Below are positions 9,767 to 21,400 of a DNA stretch of 60,325 nucleotides, in pieces (the stretch's first letter is position 1; each line of letters begins with the position of its first letter). This stretch comes from an uncultured Candidatus Saccharibacteria bacterium (lineage in GTDB: Bacteria > Patescibacteriota > CPR2 > UBA1875 > CAIMLA01), in the NCBI GenBank assembly GCA_964641375.1, contig CAZXMN010000003.1, positions 1-60,325 on the forward strand, in the 5' to 3' direction. The notes beneath the pieces were generated by a model, which worked only from the letters and a program-made list of their open reading frames with translations, had not been told where the DNA came from and made no database searches. A program made the translations under genes and the position numbers.

Positions 9767-9829
9767 TTCGCTTCTAATCGCTCTAGTGAAAAATCTAGAG
9801 CTCGCAAAAAGCGATCCGCGAGAAAGGAG
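9767..9829 (+). promoter_or_regulatory. Candidate S6:S18 ribosomal-protein leader RNA
   Basis: Pairings ttcgc/gcgag and atcgct/agcgat with CCG at the junction, just before the GGAG SD of rpsF. Confidence 0.45.
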
Positions 9830-9837
9830 TTTTTTTA

Positions 9838-10401
9838 ATGCAAAAAAACTATGAACTCCTCTACATAGTCCATCCGGACCTAGAGGGCTCAACAGAAAAA
9901 GTTACCGATAAAGTTGTCGCCTCCATCACGAAGGCCGAGGGCAAGGTAACAAATCAAGAAGATTGGGGCAAGCGTAAACTAGCCTACAAAATCGCCAAAA
10001 ACGATTTCGGAGTTTATGTTCTGATTAACTTCACGGTTGATTCAGAGAGGCTGCATCTTATCGAGCGTGATATTCGTCTCTCTGAGGAAATCTTGCGTTC
10101 TATGATCGTGGCTGTTCCTGATATCAAGGAACTTGTCCCTAGGCGTGAAAAGCCAGCTGAGGTAGAAGAAAAAGTAGAAGAGCCAGCTTCTATCATAGTT
10201 GCTGAGGAAAAACCGGCCAAAAAGATAGTCAAGAAGGCTACAGAGAAGGCTGAAAAAGACGTAGAAGAAAAGGCTAGCGTAGTAGAGAAAAAGGCAGCTC
10301 CAAAGAAAGTTGCAGTCAAAAAACCTGCAAAATCTGCTGAAGCAGATGAAAAAGAGCGACTAAAGAAGCTCGACGAGAAGCTCGACGAGCTACTAAAGTA
10401 A
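9838..10401 (+). CDS. rpsF: 30S ribosomal protein S6 with long charged C-terminal extension
   Basis: NYELLYIVHP, WGKRKLAYKI, EEILRSMI; about 90-aa K/E/A-rich tail. Confidence 0.96.
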   Translation: MQKNYELLYIVHPDLEGSTEKVTDKVVASITKAEGKVTNQEDWGKRKLAYKIAKNDFGVYVLINFTVDSERLHLIERDIRLSEEILRSMIVAVPDIKELVPRREKPAEVEEKVEEPASIIVAEEKPAKKIVKKATEKAEKDVEEKASVVEKKAAPKKVAVKKPAKSAEADEKERLKKLDEKLDELLK

Positions 10402-10411
10402 GGAGAATACT

Positions 10412-10852
10412 ATGAAAAGCGTAAACATGGTAATACTCATGGGCAATATGACCCGCGATGCCGAACTCCGTTATACTCCAAATGGCAAAGCAGTAGCTAG
10501 CTTCGGTCTAGCAATCAACAGAACTTACAAAGATGCCGCCGGCGAACGCAAAGAGGAAGTAGATTTCTTTGATGTTGTTGCTTGGGGCAAGTTGGCTGAA
10601 ATTATCAGCCAATATGGTGGCAAAGGCCAAGGCGTTCACGTCACCGGCCGTTTGCAGAACCGTAACTGGGAAGCTCAGGATGGTACGAAGAGAAACAAAA
10701 CCGAAGTGGTTGCCACAGACATCTCTCTTGTTGGCAGTCCAAAAGGTAGCGGCAAGACTCCCGTAGCAGCTGAAGGTACTGACAAACCGGCTCCAGAGGT
10801 CGAAACACAGGTTTCAGACGAAGAAATTAATATTGATGATATCCCATTCTAA
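10412..10852 (+). CDS. ssb: Single-stranded DNA-binding protein
   Basis: VNMVILMGNMTRDAELRYT; acidic C-terminus DDIPF. Confidence 0.98.
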   Translation: MKSVNMVILMGNMTRDAELRYTPNGKAVASFGLAINRTYKDAAGERKEEVDFFDVVAWGKLAEIISQYGGKGQGVHVTGRLQNRNWEAQDGTKRNKTEVVATDISLVGSPKGSGKTPVAAEGTDKPAPEVETQVSDEEINIDDIPF

Positions 10853-10861
10853 GGAGAAATA

Positions 10862-11098
10862 ATGGCACGAGAACAAAAAGAACAAACATTTTTCACGCGT
10901 AAAACTTGCCGATTTTGTGAAGCCAGACTCGAATACATCGACTACAAGGATGTGAAGAGCCTGCAGAAATTCACTTCAAGTATGGGCAAGATTGACACTC
11001 GCAAAAAGAGCGGTACCTGCCCAAAGCACCAACGCGCCCTAGCTACTGCAATCAAGCGTGCTAGGATTATGGCACTTCTTCCATTTATCAACAGATAA
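10862..11098 (+). CDS. rpsR: 30S ribosomal protein S18 (Zn-binding C+ type)
   Basis: CRFC...IDYKD...GTCPKHQR...ARIMALLPF. Confidence 0.98.
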   Translation: MAREQKEQTFFTRKTCRFCEARLEYIDYKDVKSLQKFTSSMGKIDTRKKSGTCPKHQRALATAIKRARIMALLPFINR

Positions 11099-11108
11099 GG
11101 AGACGTAA

Positions 11109-11669
11109 ATGTACGGAATAAACGATCTCAAAAACGGAACGACTTTCGAGCTTGATGGTCAGCCTTTCGTTGTCCTGGATTACCAGCACTCCAAACAGGG
11201 ACGAAGCGGTGCCGTTTTGCGTACGAAAATCAAAAACTTGATTACTGGCGCAATCGTCCAGAGAACTTTCTCTGGTAGTGAAAAGTTCAGTGAAGTGCAG
11301 ATAGACCGTAAAAAGGTCCAATATCTCTATGCCGATAGCGATCATTATTATTTCATGGATCAGAATGATTACAGCCAGTTTGATTTGCCGGCTGAAGAAC
11401 TTGGTAATAGTATTCACTATCTCAAGGATGGCGAAGTCGTCCAATTCCAGTTTTACGGCGATAAACCAATCAACCTCGATTTGCCTGTAAAAATGGATTT
11501 TTTGGTTACGGAAGCTGGTGAAGGTCTGAAGGGCGATACTGCTAGTGGCTCAACAAAGGTAGTCACTATCGAAACTGGACTCAAAGTGAACGTACCACTC
11601 TTTATTAAAGAAGGTGAAAAAATTCGCATTAATACGACCGACGGCAGCTATGTCGAACGAGCAAAATAA
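11109..11669 (+). CDS. efp: Elongation factor P
   Basis: DLKNG, HSKQGRSGA loop (Arg at the modified position), KGDTA, VPLFIKEGEKIRINT. Confidence 0.97.
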   Translation: MYGINDLKNGTTFELDGQPFVVLDYQHSKQGRSGAVLRTKIKNLITGAIVQRTFSGSEKFSEVQIDRKKVQYLYADSDHYYFMDQNDYSQFDLPAEELGNSIHYLKDGEVVQFQFYGDKPINLDLPVKMDFLVTEAGEGLKGDTASGSTKVVTIETGLKVNVPLFIKEGEKIRINTTDGSYVERAK

Positions 11670-12387
11670 AAAGCGTTTAGACCAGATACTAGTTGATAGG
11701 GGTCTAGCTGAGAGTAAAACAAAAGCCCAGGCTCTTATTATGGCTGGACAGGTCACAGTCGATGGTCGGATTTCAGATAAATCAGGAAAATCTATTCCTG
11801 ATGGTGCTGAAGTTATTGTCCGAGAAGCTTTTCCCTATGTTTCCAGGGGAGCACTCAAACTCGAGAAAGCATTTACTGAGTTTGGGATTGGTTTTGAAGG
11901 GAAAATAATCTGTGATATTGGTTCATCCACTGGGGGTTTTACAGATTTTGCACTGCAGCACGGGGCAGCGAAAGTGTTCGCCGTTGACGTTGGTACGGGA
12001 CAACTAGCTCAGAAGATACGAGAAGATAAACGGGTAGTGGTGATGGAGCGGACGGACTTTCGTGATATTACTTTACCTGAGTCAATTGACATATTCGTCT
12101 GCGATGTATCGTTCATCTCACTAAAGAAAATTATTCCGAAGGTCAAAACACTTATCACAAAACCAGCTGAAATTATTTTGCTCATAAAACCTCAGTTTGA
12201 AGCTGGAGTGAAGGAAGTCTCAAAGGGTAAAGGTGTAATTCGCGACGAAGCCTTGAGGACTGAAATTGTCGAGGAAATAACAGTATTTGCTAAATGTGAA
12301 GGTTTTGAAGTCAATGGACTTACAGAATCTCCAATTACGGGCGCAAAAGGTAACGTAGAATATCTACTATACTTGACAGGGGTTTAA
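11650..12387 (+). CDS. tlyA: TlyA family rRNA methyltransferase
   Basis: S4 domain RLDQILVDRG, YVSRGALKL, DIGSSTGGFT, DVSFISL, LIKPQFE, GAKGNVEY; start moved to ATG 11650. Confidence 0.95.
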   Translation: MSNEQNKKRLDQILVDRGLAESKTKAQALIMAGQVTVDGRISDKSGKSIPDGAEVIVREAFPYVSRGALKLEKAFTEFGIGFEGKIICDIGSSTGGFTDFALQHGAAKVFAVDVGTGQLAQKIREDKRVVVMERTDFRDITLPESIDIFVCDVSFISLKKIIPKVKTLITKPAEIILLIKPQFEAGVKEVSKGKGVIRDEALRTEIVEEITVFAKCEGFEVNGLTESPITGAKGNVEYLLYLTGV

Positions 12388-12418
12388 CTATATAATTTAC
12401 CTATAATTTGCGAGGGTT

Positions 12419-15400
12419 GTGAAAAGACGTCACGTAAATACGAAACGTAGGATGGGGACCGTGGGGGGATTGTCTCTAAACGGTTTCTTGAATGTTCTCA
12501 AAAATGGACTCAAGACTGTCAAGAAGAACTATGTTCAGGTTAACTTGGCGTGGCTTTCAGCTGGATACTTCTTCCATCTATGGATTCGAATGTTACATGA
12601 CAAAACCTACGAGAAGGTGCCGGTTTACAAGAAATACTCTGATGCGCCAATCAGTAGTACTGTGCACAAGACTGTCATGTGGGCTTTTGTTGCGTCTTTC
12701 ACTTTCTTTACTTTATTTCAGTATGTTTTACCTAATATTTTTCCTGCTAACAAAGCCTATGCGTCATCTAACACAAAGACGTGGACTACGAATGCAGACT
12801 TTGCAAACAACAAGTCATCAATTTGCGGTGCTCTTACAAGTGATGGAAATGTCACAGTAAATCCTTCCTACAATGATCCCTCATGTGCTCAGAATGAATC
12901 AGATGGAAGCGCCACTTTATCCTTCGGATACCAGAAATTGACTGGGATTACGAAGATTGCGGTTTCTGCTGTGAGTTCCGATGTTGTCGCCTTACGTGGC
13001 TCAGATGGCGCCGTCTTTACTTGGGGTGATAACACCTATGGTCAACTCGGAGATAACACCACCACTTCACGGAATACACCTGTCCAGGTACTTGGAGTTG
13101 GTGGTTCTGGCAACCTGACCAGCATTACCGCTATTGCATCGGGGAGTTCTTATTCGCTTGCATTACGTAGTTCTGATGGTGCAGTTTTTGCCTGGGGACT
13201 AAACAGCAGTGGTCAACTTGGTGATAATACTACAACACAGAGGAACACACCGGTCCAGGTACTTGGAGTTGGTGGTTCTGGCAACCTGACTGGTATCACC
13301 GCTATCGCGGCTGGAGATCATACTGTCGCCCTTCGCGGCTCAGATGGAGCAGTTTTTGACTGGGGGACAAATGGCAGCGGTCAACTTGGTGACAACACCA
13401 CTACTCAGCGGAATACACCTGTACAAGTCCTTGGAGTTGGCGGTACCGGCAATCTTACAGGCATCACAGCTATTGCATCGGGGAGTTCTTTTTCGCTCGC
13501 TGCCCGTGGTTCCGACGGCGCCGTCTTTGCTTGGGGGACCAACAGCAGTGGTCAGCTTGGTGATAATACCACGACACAGAGAAATACACCTGTCCAGGTT
13601 CTTGGAGTAGGTGGCAGTGGCAATCTGACTGGCATCACAGCTGTCGCGGCCGGGTATTCTCACGCCGTCGGCCTTCGTGGTTCCGACGGCGCCGTCTTTG
13701 CTTGGGGTTACAACAATGTCGGTCAGCTTGGTGATAACACTTCAATACAAAGGAAAACACCTGTCCAAGTTCTCGGTGTTGGTGGTACCGGTAACCTGAC
13801 CGGCATTACCGCTATTGCGGCTGGGTATTACCACACTGTCGCTCTCCGCGGCTCTGACGGTGCAGTTTTTGACTGGGGAAATAACGCTTATGGCAGTCTT
13901 GGAGATAATACTAGTAGCCAGAGGAATACACCCATCCAAGTCCTCGGTGTTGGCGGTACTGGCAACCTCACAGGAATTACCTCTATCGCAGCAGGAGACT
14001 ACCAAACCGCCGTTGTTCGTGGCTCGGACAAAACTGTCTTTGCTTGGGGGTACAACAATGTCGGTCAGCTTGGTATAAATTCTTCAGATTCTAACTCTCA
14101 TGCGACCCCCGTCCAGACTGTTGCCCCGGCGAGCATAGGAACATTAACCGGTATTACTAAAATATCAGCCAAATATCAACATGTTCTAGCAATACGTGGC
14201 TCCGATGGTGCAGTCTTTGCATGGGGTTTAAATGGTCAGGGTCAACTCGGTGATGGAACTACTACGGCCAGAAATTACCCTGTCCAGGTACGTTATGGTT
14301 TAGGATATTTAACTGGTATTACGGAGATTTCTGCAGGTGGTTCAAACAGTGGATATAGTAGTACGGATTTCGGTTCTTCCTTTGCGATACGTGGTTCAGA
14401 TGGTGCGGTATTTTCTTGGGGGAATATGTCAGGAACGTATGTGCCCGTACAAGTAGCTGGTGTTGGTGGAAATGGATATTTAACTGGCATAACAAAAATA
14501 GTATCGAGTGGATTTCATACCCTAGCAATACGTGGCTCAGACGGAGCCGTCTTTGCTTGGGGTCAAAACACTTATGGTCAGCTCGGTGATAACACTACAA
14601 CTCAGAGGAGTACACCTGTCCAAGTCCTTGGTGTTGGTGGTACCGGTAACCTGACCGGCATAACCTCAATAGACTGTAGTGCCTACGATCCATCTGTTTA
14701 TTATTATGCTTCTTCCTATGCGGTTAGAGGGTCGGATGGTGCTGTTTTCGCCTGGGGCTATAATGGTAGCGGTCAACTTGGTGACAATACCACTATTCAG
14801 CGGAATACACCTGTCCAGGTCCTTGGAGTTGGCGGGACGGGTAACTTGTTTGGGATGACAACGGTTTCAAGTAATGCTACATCTGCTCTAGTACTACGAG
14901 GATCAGATGGTGCTCTTTTTGGCTGGGGGACTAACAGCAGCGGTCAACTTGGTGATAATACTACTACTCAGCGGAATACACCCGTCCAGGTCCTTGGAGT
15001 TGGCGGTACCGGCAATCTGACCGGTATTGCCGCAGTTTCGGCCGGCTGGGGTCATACAGTCGCTCTTCGTGGCTCAGACGGAGCTGTCTTTGCGTGGGGG
15101 TCTAATTACCAGGGTCAACTTGGTGATAATACTACTACTCAGCGGAATACACCCGTCCAGGTTCTTGGAGTTGGCGGGACGGGCAATCTGACCGGTATGA
15201 CCATGATCCAGGGGGGGAGTTTCTACTCGCTTGCGTTACGTAATTCTGATGGTGCTGTCTTTGCCTGGGGATACAACAACTATGGTCAGCTCGGTGTCGA
15301 CACGGCCAGTCAGATCAACACGCCGGTTCATACAAGTACACGATCTCTCTCGATAGACAATAATACATATCAATACTCCGGCAGTGTGGACGGTTACATT

Positions 15401-18400
15401 ATTGATACTGGGGCTGGTAGTAAGGCATATTGGAACACTGTTTCGTGGAATGCCACTACACCTACGAATACTTCGGTAAAATTCAACGTCCGAACCAGCG
15501 ATAATGGTACTTCCTGGTCTAGCTGGAGCAGCGATCTCGTTACACCTGGTGGCTCAGCAATCACTGCAAGCCAATCCAGATACTTGGATATACAATATAC
15601 TCTGTCTTCTGATGGGACAGCTACATCAACCCTGAACGATTTTTCTCTTAATTACAACTCTGTCGAGGCCCCGATAAATACCAACACAACTATTTATAAG
15701 TCAGATGGGTCTACTCCTCTAAAAAGTTCCGCGGGATCTATCTTGTCTGCTGGTGCGGCAGGTGGCTATACCAATGAATCGAGCGTGAAAATTAAGACTA
15801 CCAGCCTTTCCTGTTCTGGTTGTGGTACATTTACCAATCCATATACTCAGGTCGAGTACAAGCCTGTCGGAATTGCTTTTACCGGAACAACTAACTTAAT
15901 AAATGGTGCCGTCGATAGTGGCAATCAGTCTACAGCCACAATTACTGGACTGTCCTCTGGCACTAGTTATCATTTTCAGATGCGTACGTTGGATGCTCAA
16001 GGCCGACAATCAGGATGGACTAGTTATGGCACTACTCCGGAAGACGTTAATGAGGCGGATATTACTGTCGATACTACAAAACCTACAGTTGTAGTCACCA
16101 TTAACGGCGGTGCTCAGTTCACACCACAGAACGCTACTATTAATGTGGTGGCCGCTGATGCAGGCGGTTCGAATCTCGGTAAGTTGTATTTCTCAAACGA
16201 TGGGTCGAATTGGACTGATGTCACACCTGCCAGCGGATTTACTGGTCAATCAAGTTACTCCGGAAATGTTCCCTGGACGCTTACTGGCGGAGATGGAACA
16301 AAAAGTGTCTATACGAAAATAGCTGATAACGCCGGTAATACTAATGCAGATAACAAAACATGGACTACTAATGCTGATTTTAGTTATAATAAGGCATCTA
16401 TTTGCGGTTCGATTATCAATAATGGGAATGCAGCTGTTAGTCCTTCTTATACAGATCCTACATGTGCTGCCAATACCGCAGACGGAACTGTTACATTAAC
16501 ATTTGGTCCCCAAAACCTGACAGGCATCACTGCTATTTCGGCAGAATGGAGCCATACCATTGCTGTTCGCGGTTCAGACGGTGCAGTCTTTGCCTGGGGC
16601 TCTAATGGCAGTGGTCAACTCGGTGATAATACTACTACTCAGAGGAATATCCCTGTCCAAGTACTCGGTGTCGGAGGCACCGGTTATCTTACTGGTATTA
16701 CTGCCGTCTCGGCTGGAGGTAGTTATTCACTCGCCTTACGTGGCTCAGATGGCGCTGTATTTTCTTGGGGGGACAATGGCTGGAGTCAACTGGGTAATAA
16801 TTCAGTCGGTGGAAGCACTCGTACACCGGCGCAGGTTGTGGGAGTTGGCGGGAGCGGTTATCTAACCGGCATTACCTCAATCTCTGCTGGTTCAGAACAC
16901 TCGCTTGCCCTGAGAGGTTCCGATGGTGCTATTTTTGCATGGGGCCGCAATGCAGCTGGACAATTGGGTGACAATACAACCACCCAGAGGAATGCGCCCG
17001 TTCAAGTAGTGGGGGTAGGGGGTAGTGGTTTCCTAACTGGTAACTCCATGGTTTCTTCGGGCTTTGATCCTAATGGTAACGGATATGATTATTCTCTTTC
17101 TGTGCGAAGTTCGGATGGTGCTGTTTTTGCCTGGGGCTATAATGGCTACGGTGAGCTTGGTGATAATACAACCACCCAGAGGAATGCGCCTGTCCAAGTA
17201 AAGGGGTTAGGAGGGATTGGTAACCTTGTTGGGATAGCCGCTGTCGCTACGGGGAGCAGTCACTCTATTGCATTGCGAAGTTCTGATAGTGCAGTCTTTG
17301 CTTGGGGTAACAATAACTACGGCCAACTCGGAGATAATACTGTTACTCAAAGAAACGTTCCAATACAGGTTTTAGGAGTTGGCGGTAGTGGTAATCTAGT
17401 AGGAATTACGGCTATTTCAGCAGGGAAGGATGGTTCTTCGCTTGCCTTGCGTGGTTCTGATGGGGCTCTGTTTGATTGGGGCTATAACGGATATGGCCAA
17501 TTAGGAATAAATTCATCAGATTCAAATTCTCACGCTGTTCCAATCCAAGTTCTTGGGGTTGGTGGGAGTGGTAACTTGACTGGAATGACAACAATAACAA
17601 GTGGAGGCGATTATTCTGTTGCAAGGCGTAGTTCTGATGGTGCTGTTTTTGCCTGGGGCTATAATTCATATGGCAATCTCGGTGATAATACTACTTCTCA
17701 AAGAAATGTTCCGGTACAAACGATTTCAGTGCCTGTGATTTATAACACACTGGGCACCATTTCTGGATATAAGTTGGATGCAGGCGTAGGAGCAAAGCAA
17801 AAGTGGGGTAACATCTCTTGGAATAGTGTGGCCTTACCGGCCGGTACAAGTATCAAGTTTCAGGCCAGGACTAGTGATGATGGGGTGATTTGGAGTGATC
17901 CTAGTTGGGGTAATACAGGTGCCACTCAGTCCACAACTGGCTCTACAACCGGAAGTCTAGACAACTCTAGTCTCGTAGGTTCAAGATATTTTGATGTCCA
18001 AGTTACCCTAGCAACCACTAATAATCTTGTCACGCCAACCCTTAACGATTTTACGCTTGGTTCTACTTATGGCTATGCCTCTGCTATTATAGATTCCAGC
18101 CCCCCGAACGATATTTCTACTATTTTGGGTTACTCCCAATCTGGTGGTACAGCTTTAACCTCTAACAACTGGTACGGCTACAACGTAAACGGTTCTAAAC
18201 CATTCTTCTCCTGGACCGCTCCATCTGACAATGGTCTGGCTGGTGTCTACGGTTATTGTGTCTACTGGGGTACTGCGGGTATAACCGATCCTGGCACTGG
18301 CTGTACCACAGCGAATGCCCAGACGGCTACTAACTTTTCAAATAACCAAACTCTCGTCTCCGGCTCGACCTATTATCTCAACGTTAAAGCAATAGATAAT

Positions 18401-21400
18401 GCCGGAAACGCCTCTAGTACCAGTGCTCAATTTATTTACAAATATGACAACGTCGCTCCAACGACCACCTTGAATGTTAGTCCGTCGACTCCCTCTGGGG
18501 ATAATAGCTGGTACAAAATTGGGAAGCCAGTTGTTAGTTTCAGCGCTGCGGATTCGGGATCAAAAACAAATAAAATTTATTATCGCTTTGATACAGATGC
18601 TGCGCCATATACCCAGCTATCGAATACAAATGGGGATGACCCATATATACAAACGCTCGATGCCTCAAACCTACCGGAAGGCACTCATACCCTCTATTGG
18701 TATGCTGATGACGTATCCGGTAATGCAGAAACACATCACTCTCAGCAGTTCAAGATAGATGTCCAGGCACCAACCACTGGTTACGCCATTAGTCCAACCA
18801 GTCCAAATGGTGATAATGGTTGGTATGTCACTAACGCCCCAGTTATTACTTTGGCTCCAACGGACCCAAATAGTGGAAACAATTCTGGTGTAGCAAGCAC
18901 GTATTACCAGTGGGATTCCAACTCTGGTACTTGGAGCACTTACACTTCTACGCTTACTGTCAGTCAGGGTGCCCACACCCTTTACTATTACACCAAAGAC
19001 ACGGCTGGAAATGCTGAAGGTCAGCAACAGCAAACTATCAATTTCAATGCTTTTGTGCCGAATGCTCCATCTGGTTTCAGGGCTCCAGCCTCTGACCCAA
19101 ATACAGACAGTACCCATATTCAACTCTATTGGAATTCAGTTAGCGGCACTGCTCCTACGGTTGCGTATCAGACACGCAGAATATTGGCAACTGGGACATG
19201 GGGCGTGAATGAAGTTGTTGTTAACCATGGAAGTTCAGACATTTCTTACTTGGACAGTACCGGCCTTCAACCAGGCCTGAGATACAAATACGAAATTAGA
19301 ACCCAAGATAATTCCGGACTTTGGGGCAGTTGGTCTGATCCAATTGATGGTCTCACTACGGATTCTTTGTCACCAACCCCCGTAGTTGGTGTTTTGACTA
19401 CTGCTTGCGATGGAACTACTGGGAATATCCCAACTACTTCCGTTCCTGTTTGTTCAAATACCGCAAACAAAGGATTTGAAATTGCCCTGACGTGGACACC
19501 TTCGAATGATTATGGTGTGGGAATGTCTCGATATTTGATTTATCGTTCAACAACAAACTCTATTGACCCAGCTGACTGGCAGATTGTCGGTACACTCGAT
19601 GCGACTTCCGTACTCACTAATCCAGTCTATTATGATAACGACACAAATAATGACGCTACTTTCGGCACTGACAAACCAGTAGCTACTGACAGACTCAATG
19701 ATTCAACGACATATTTCTATCGTGTCACCGCTCTTGATTTATCCCCAACCGGCAACCCAACCGGCTTAATCCCACTCAATCCATTCGATAATCTGAATAC
19801 GGCCACCACACCAGACATTACGGCACCAACTGTACCTACAAACGTTGTTGCTTCTCCGATGGGTCTGGATTCTTCTGGAAGCCATCAGAGAATTCATCTG
19901 ACTTGGACTGCTTCAATCGACTACAAAGCTAGAAGTGAAGAGGTAGTCCCCGGCACTATTACTTACAAAATATTTGAAGCGACCACAGAAGGCGGCTCAT
20001 ATACACAGGTTGCCACTACGACTAGTCTAACCACTGACCTCAATGGTAAAGATGAATTCACTGACTATTATTATCAGATTAATGCCTCTGATGCTTCCCC
20101 AGCCCACAACGAATCAGCCCATTCTACTGACGCCCATGTCCATACAGCCTCTAACTCGGTTCCAACTACTCCAACAGAAGTGAATGTTACTGCAGCTACT
20201 GGTAACCCAAACACCGATTCGTCTGTTGGGCATCAAATCACTGTCACTTTCTTTGGTTCTCTCGCAAAAAACTGCGATAAATTGGCGAACGTTCGATGTC
20301 TGACTAAATATGAAGTCTATCGCTCGACAACAAATTACGCTGACGATGCTTCTTGGACAGCAAATGCTACGAAAATTGCCGAAGTGGCTCCGACCAAGAT
20401 TGATGATGATCGCAAGAAGAATGATGCAGACCAACCGCATTCAGTCACAGATACTGGTCAAACTTTTCCGGCTACATCTGGCACGGGCCTCACTGATGCC
20501 ACTACTTACTATTACAAAGTAATGGCCATCGACAACACACCAGTCACTCCAGACGGTGGACCTTTCCATTCACCAATGTCGACGATTGCTTATCCGGGCT
20601 CCTTGCATATCGGTTGGGATAACACACCGGATGCTACAGCTCCGGCTCTACCAAGCAATGTCATCATCCATGATATTCACGGAGATGGTGTGAGTTACCT
20701 CAGAAATATTATCAGTTGGTCAAGAATCCCTGATCCAAACAGAAATGGCATAAATGACTTCAAAGAGTATCGGATCTATCGATCGGTTGATGGGTTATTT
20801 TGGCAACAGATTTGCACTAAAGGACTTGAATCAAGCGGTTGTTCAGTAAATGATCCAAACCCACTCTATAATGTTGATCAAAATATGGCGATGGGAAATA
20901 ACTATTATATTGATCCAATCAGCTCGGATCCACAGATAGCTAATCAGATGTACTACTACTATGTAACCTCAGCGGACAACGCAAGCACCACATATAAATA
21001 TCCCACGCCAAATGGAAACTTAGTCGTCAACGCAGTCACTAACGAGTCTAAGCCGCCGAGAGATTCGAATAATAAAATCACGAATGCGGTTTCTCTAAAT
21101 CCGGCCACAACTCAGCCAAGTATTTGTGATATTGGGACTGACCCTTGTACCGTGACCGCTGGGGGGCAAAAGGCCGACCTAACTAACATCGGTGTGGCCA
21201 CAGCCACAATTAATTGGACAACCGATCAGCCAGCCGACTCAATGGTAGAGTTCCGCAAGGCTGGTACTGATGATGCATATAAACAAATTGGAGACGGGGA
21301 TAGCAGTCGTAACCTAGGTATGGTAACTTCGCACAGTGTTGACCTTTTTGGACTTCAACCAAGTACCTCATATCAGTACATTATTGTTTCTAGAAACTTC

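Noticed and set aside
12938-17722. Diversity-generating retroelement acting on the RCC1 repeats
   Set aside because: No reverse transcriptase in the window, no non-coding template repeat, and differences are not limited to adenines
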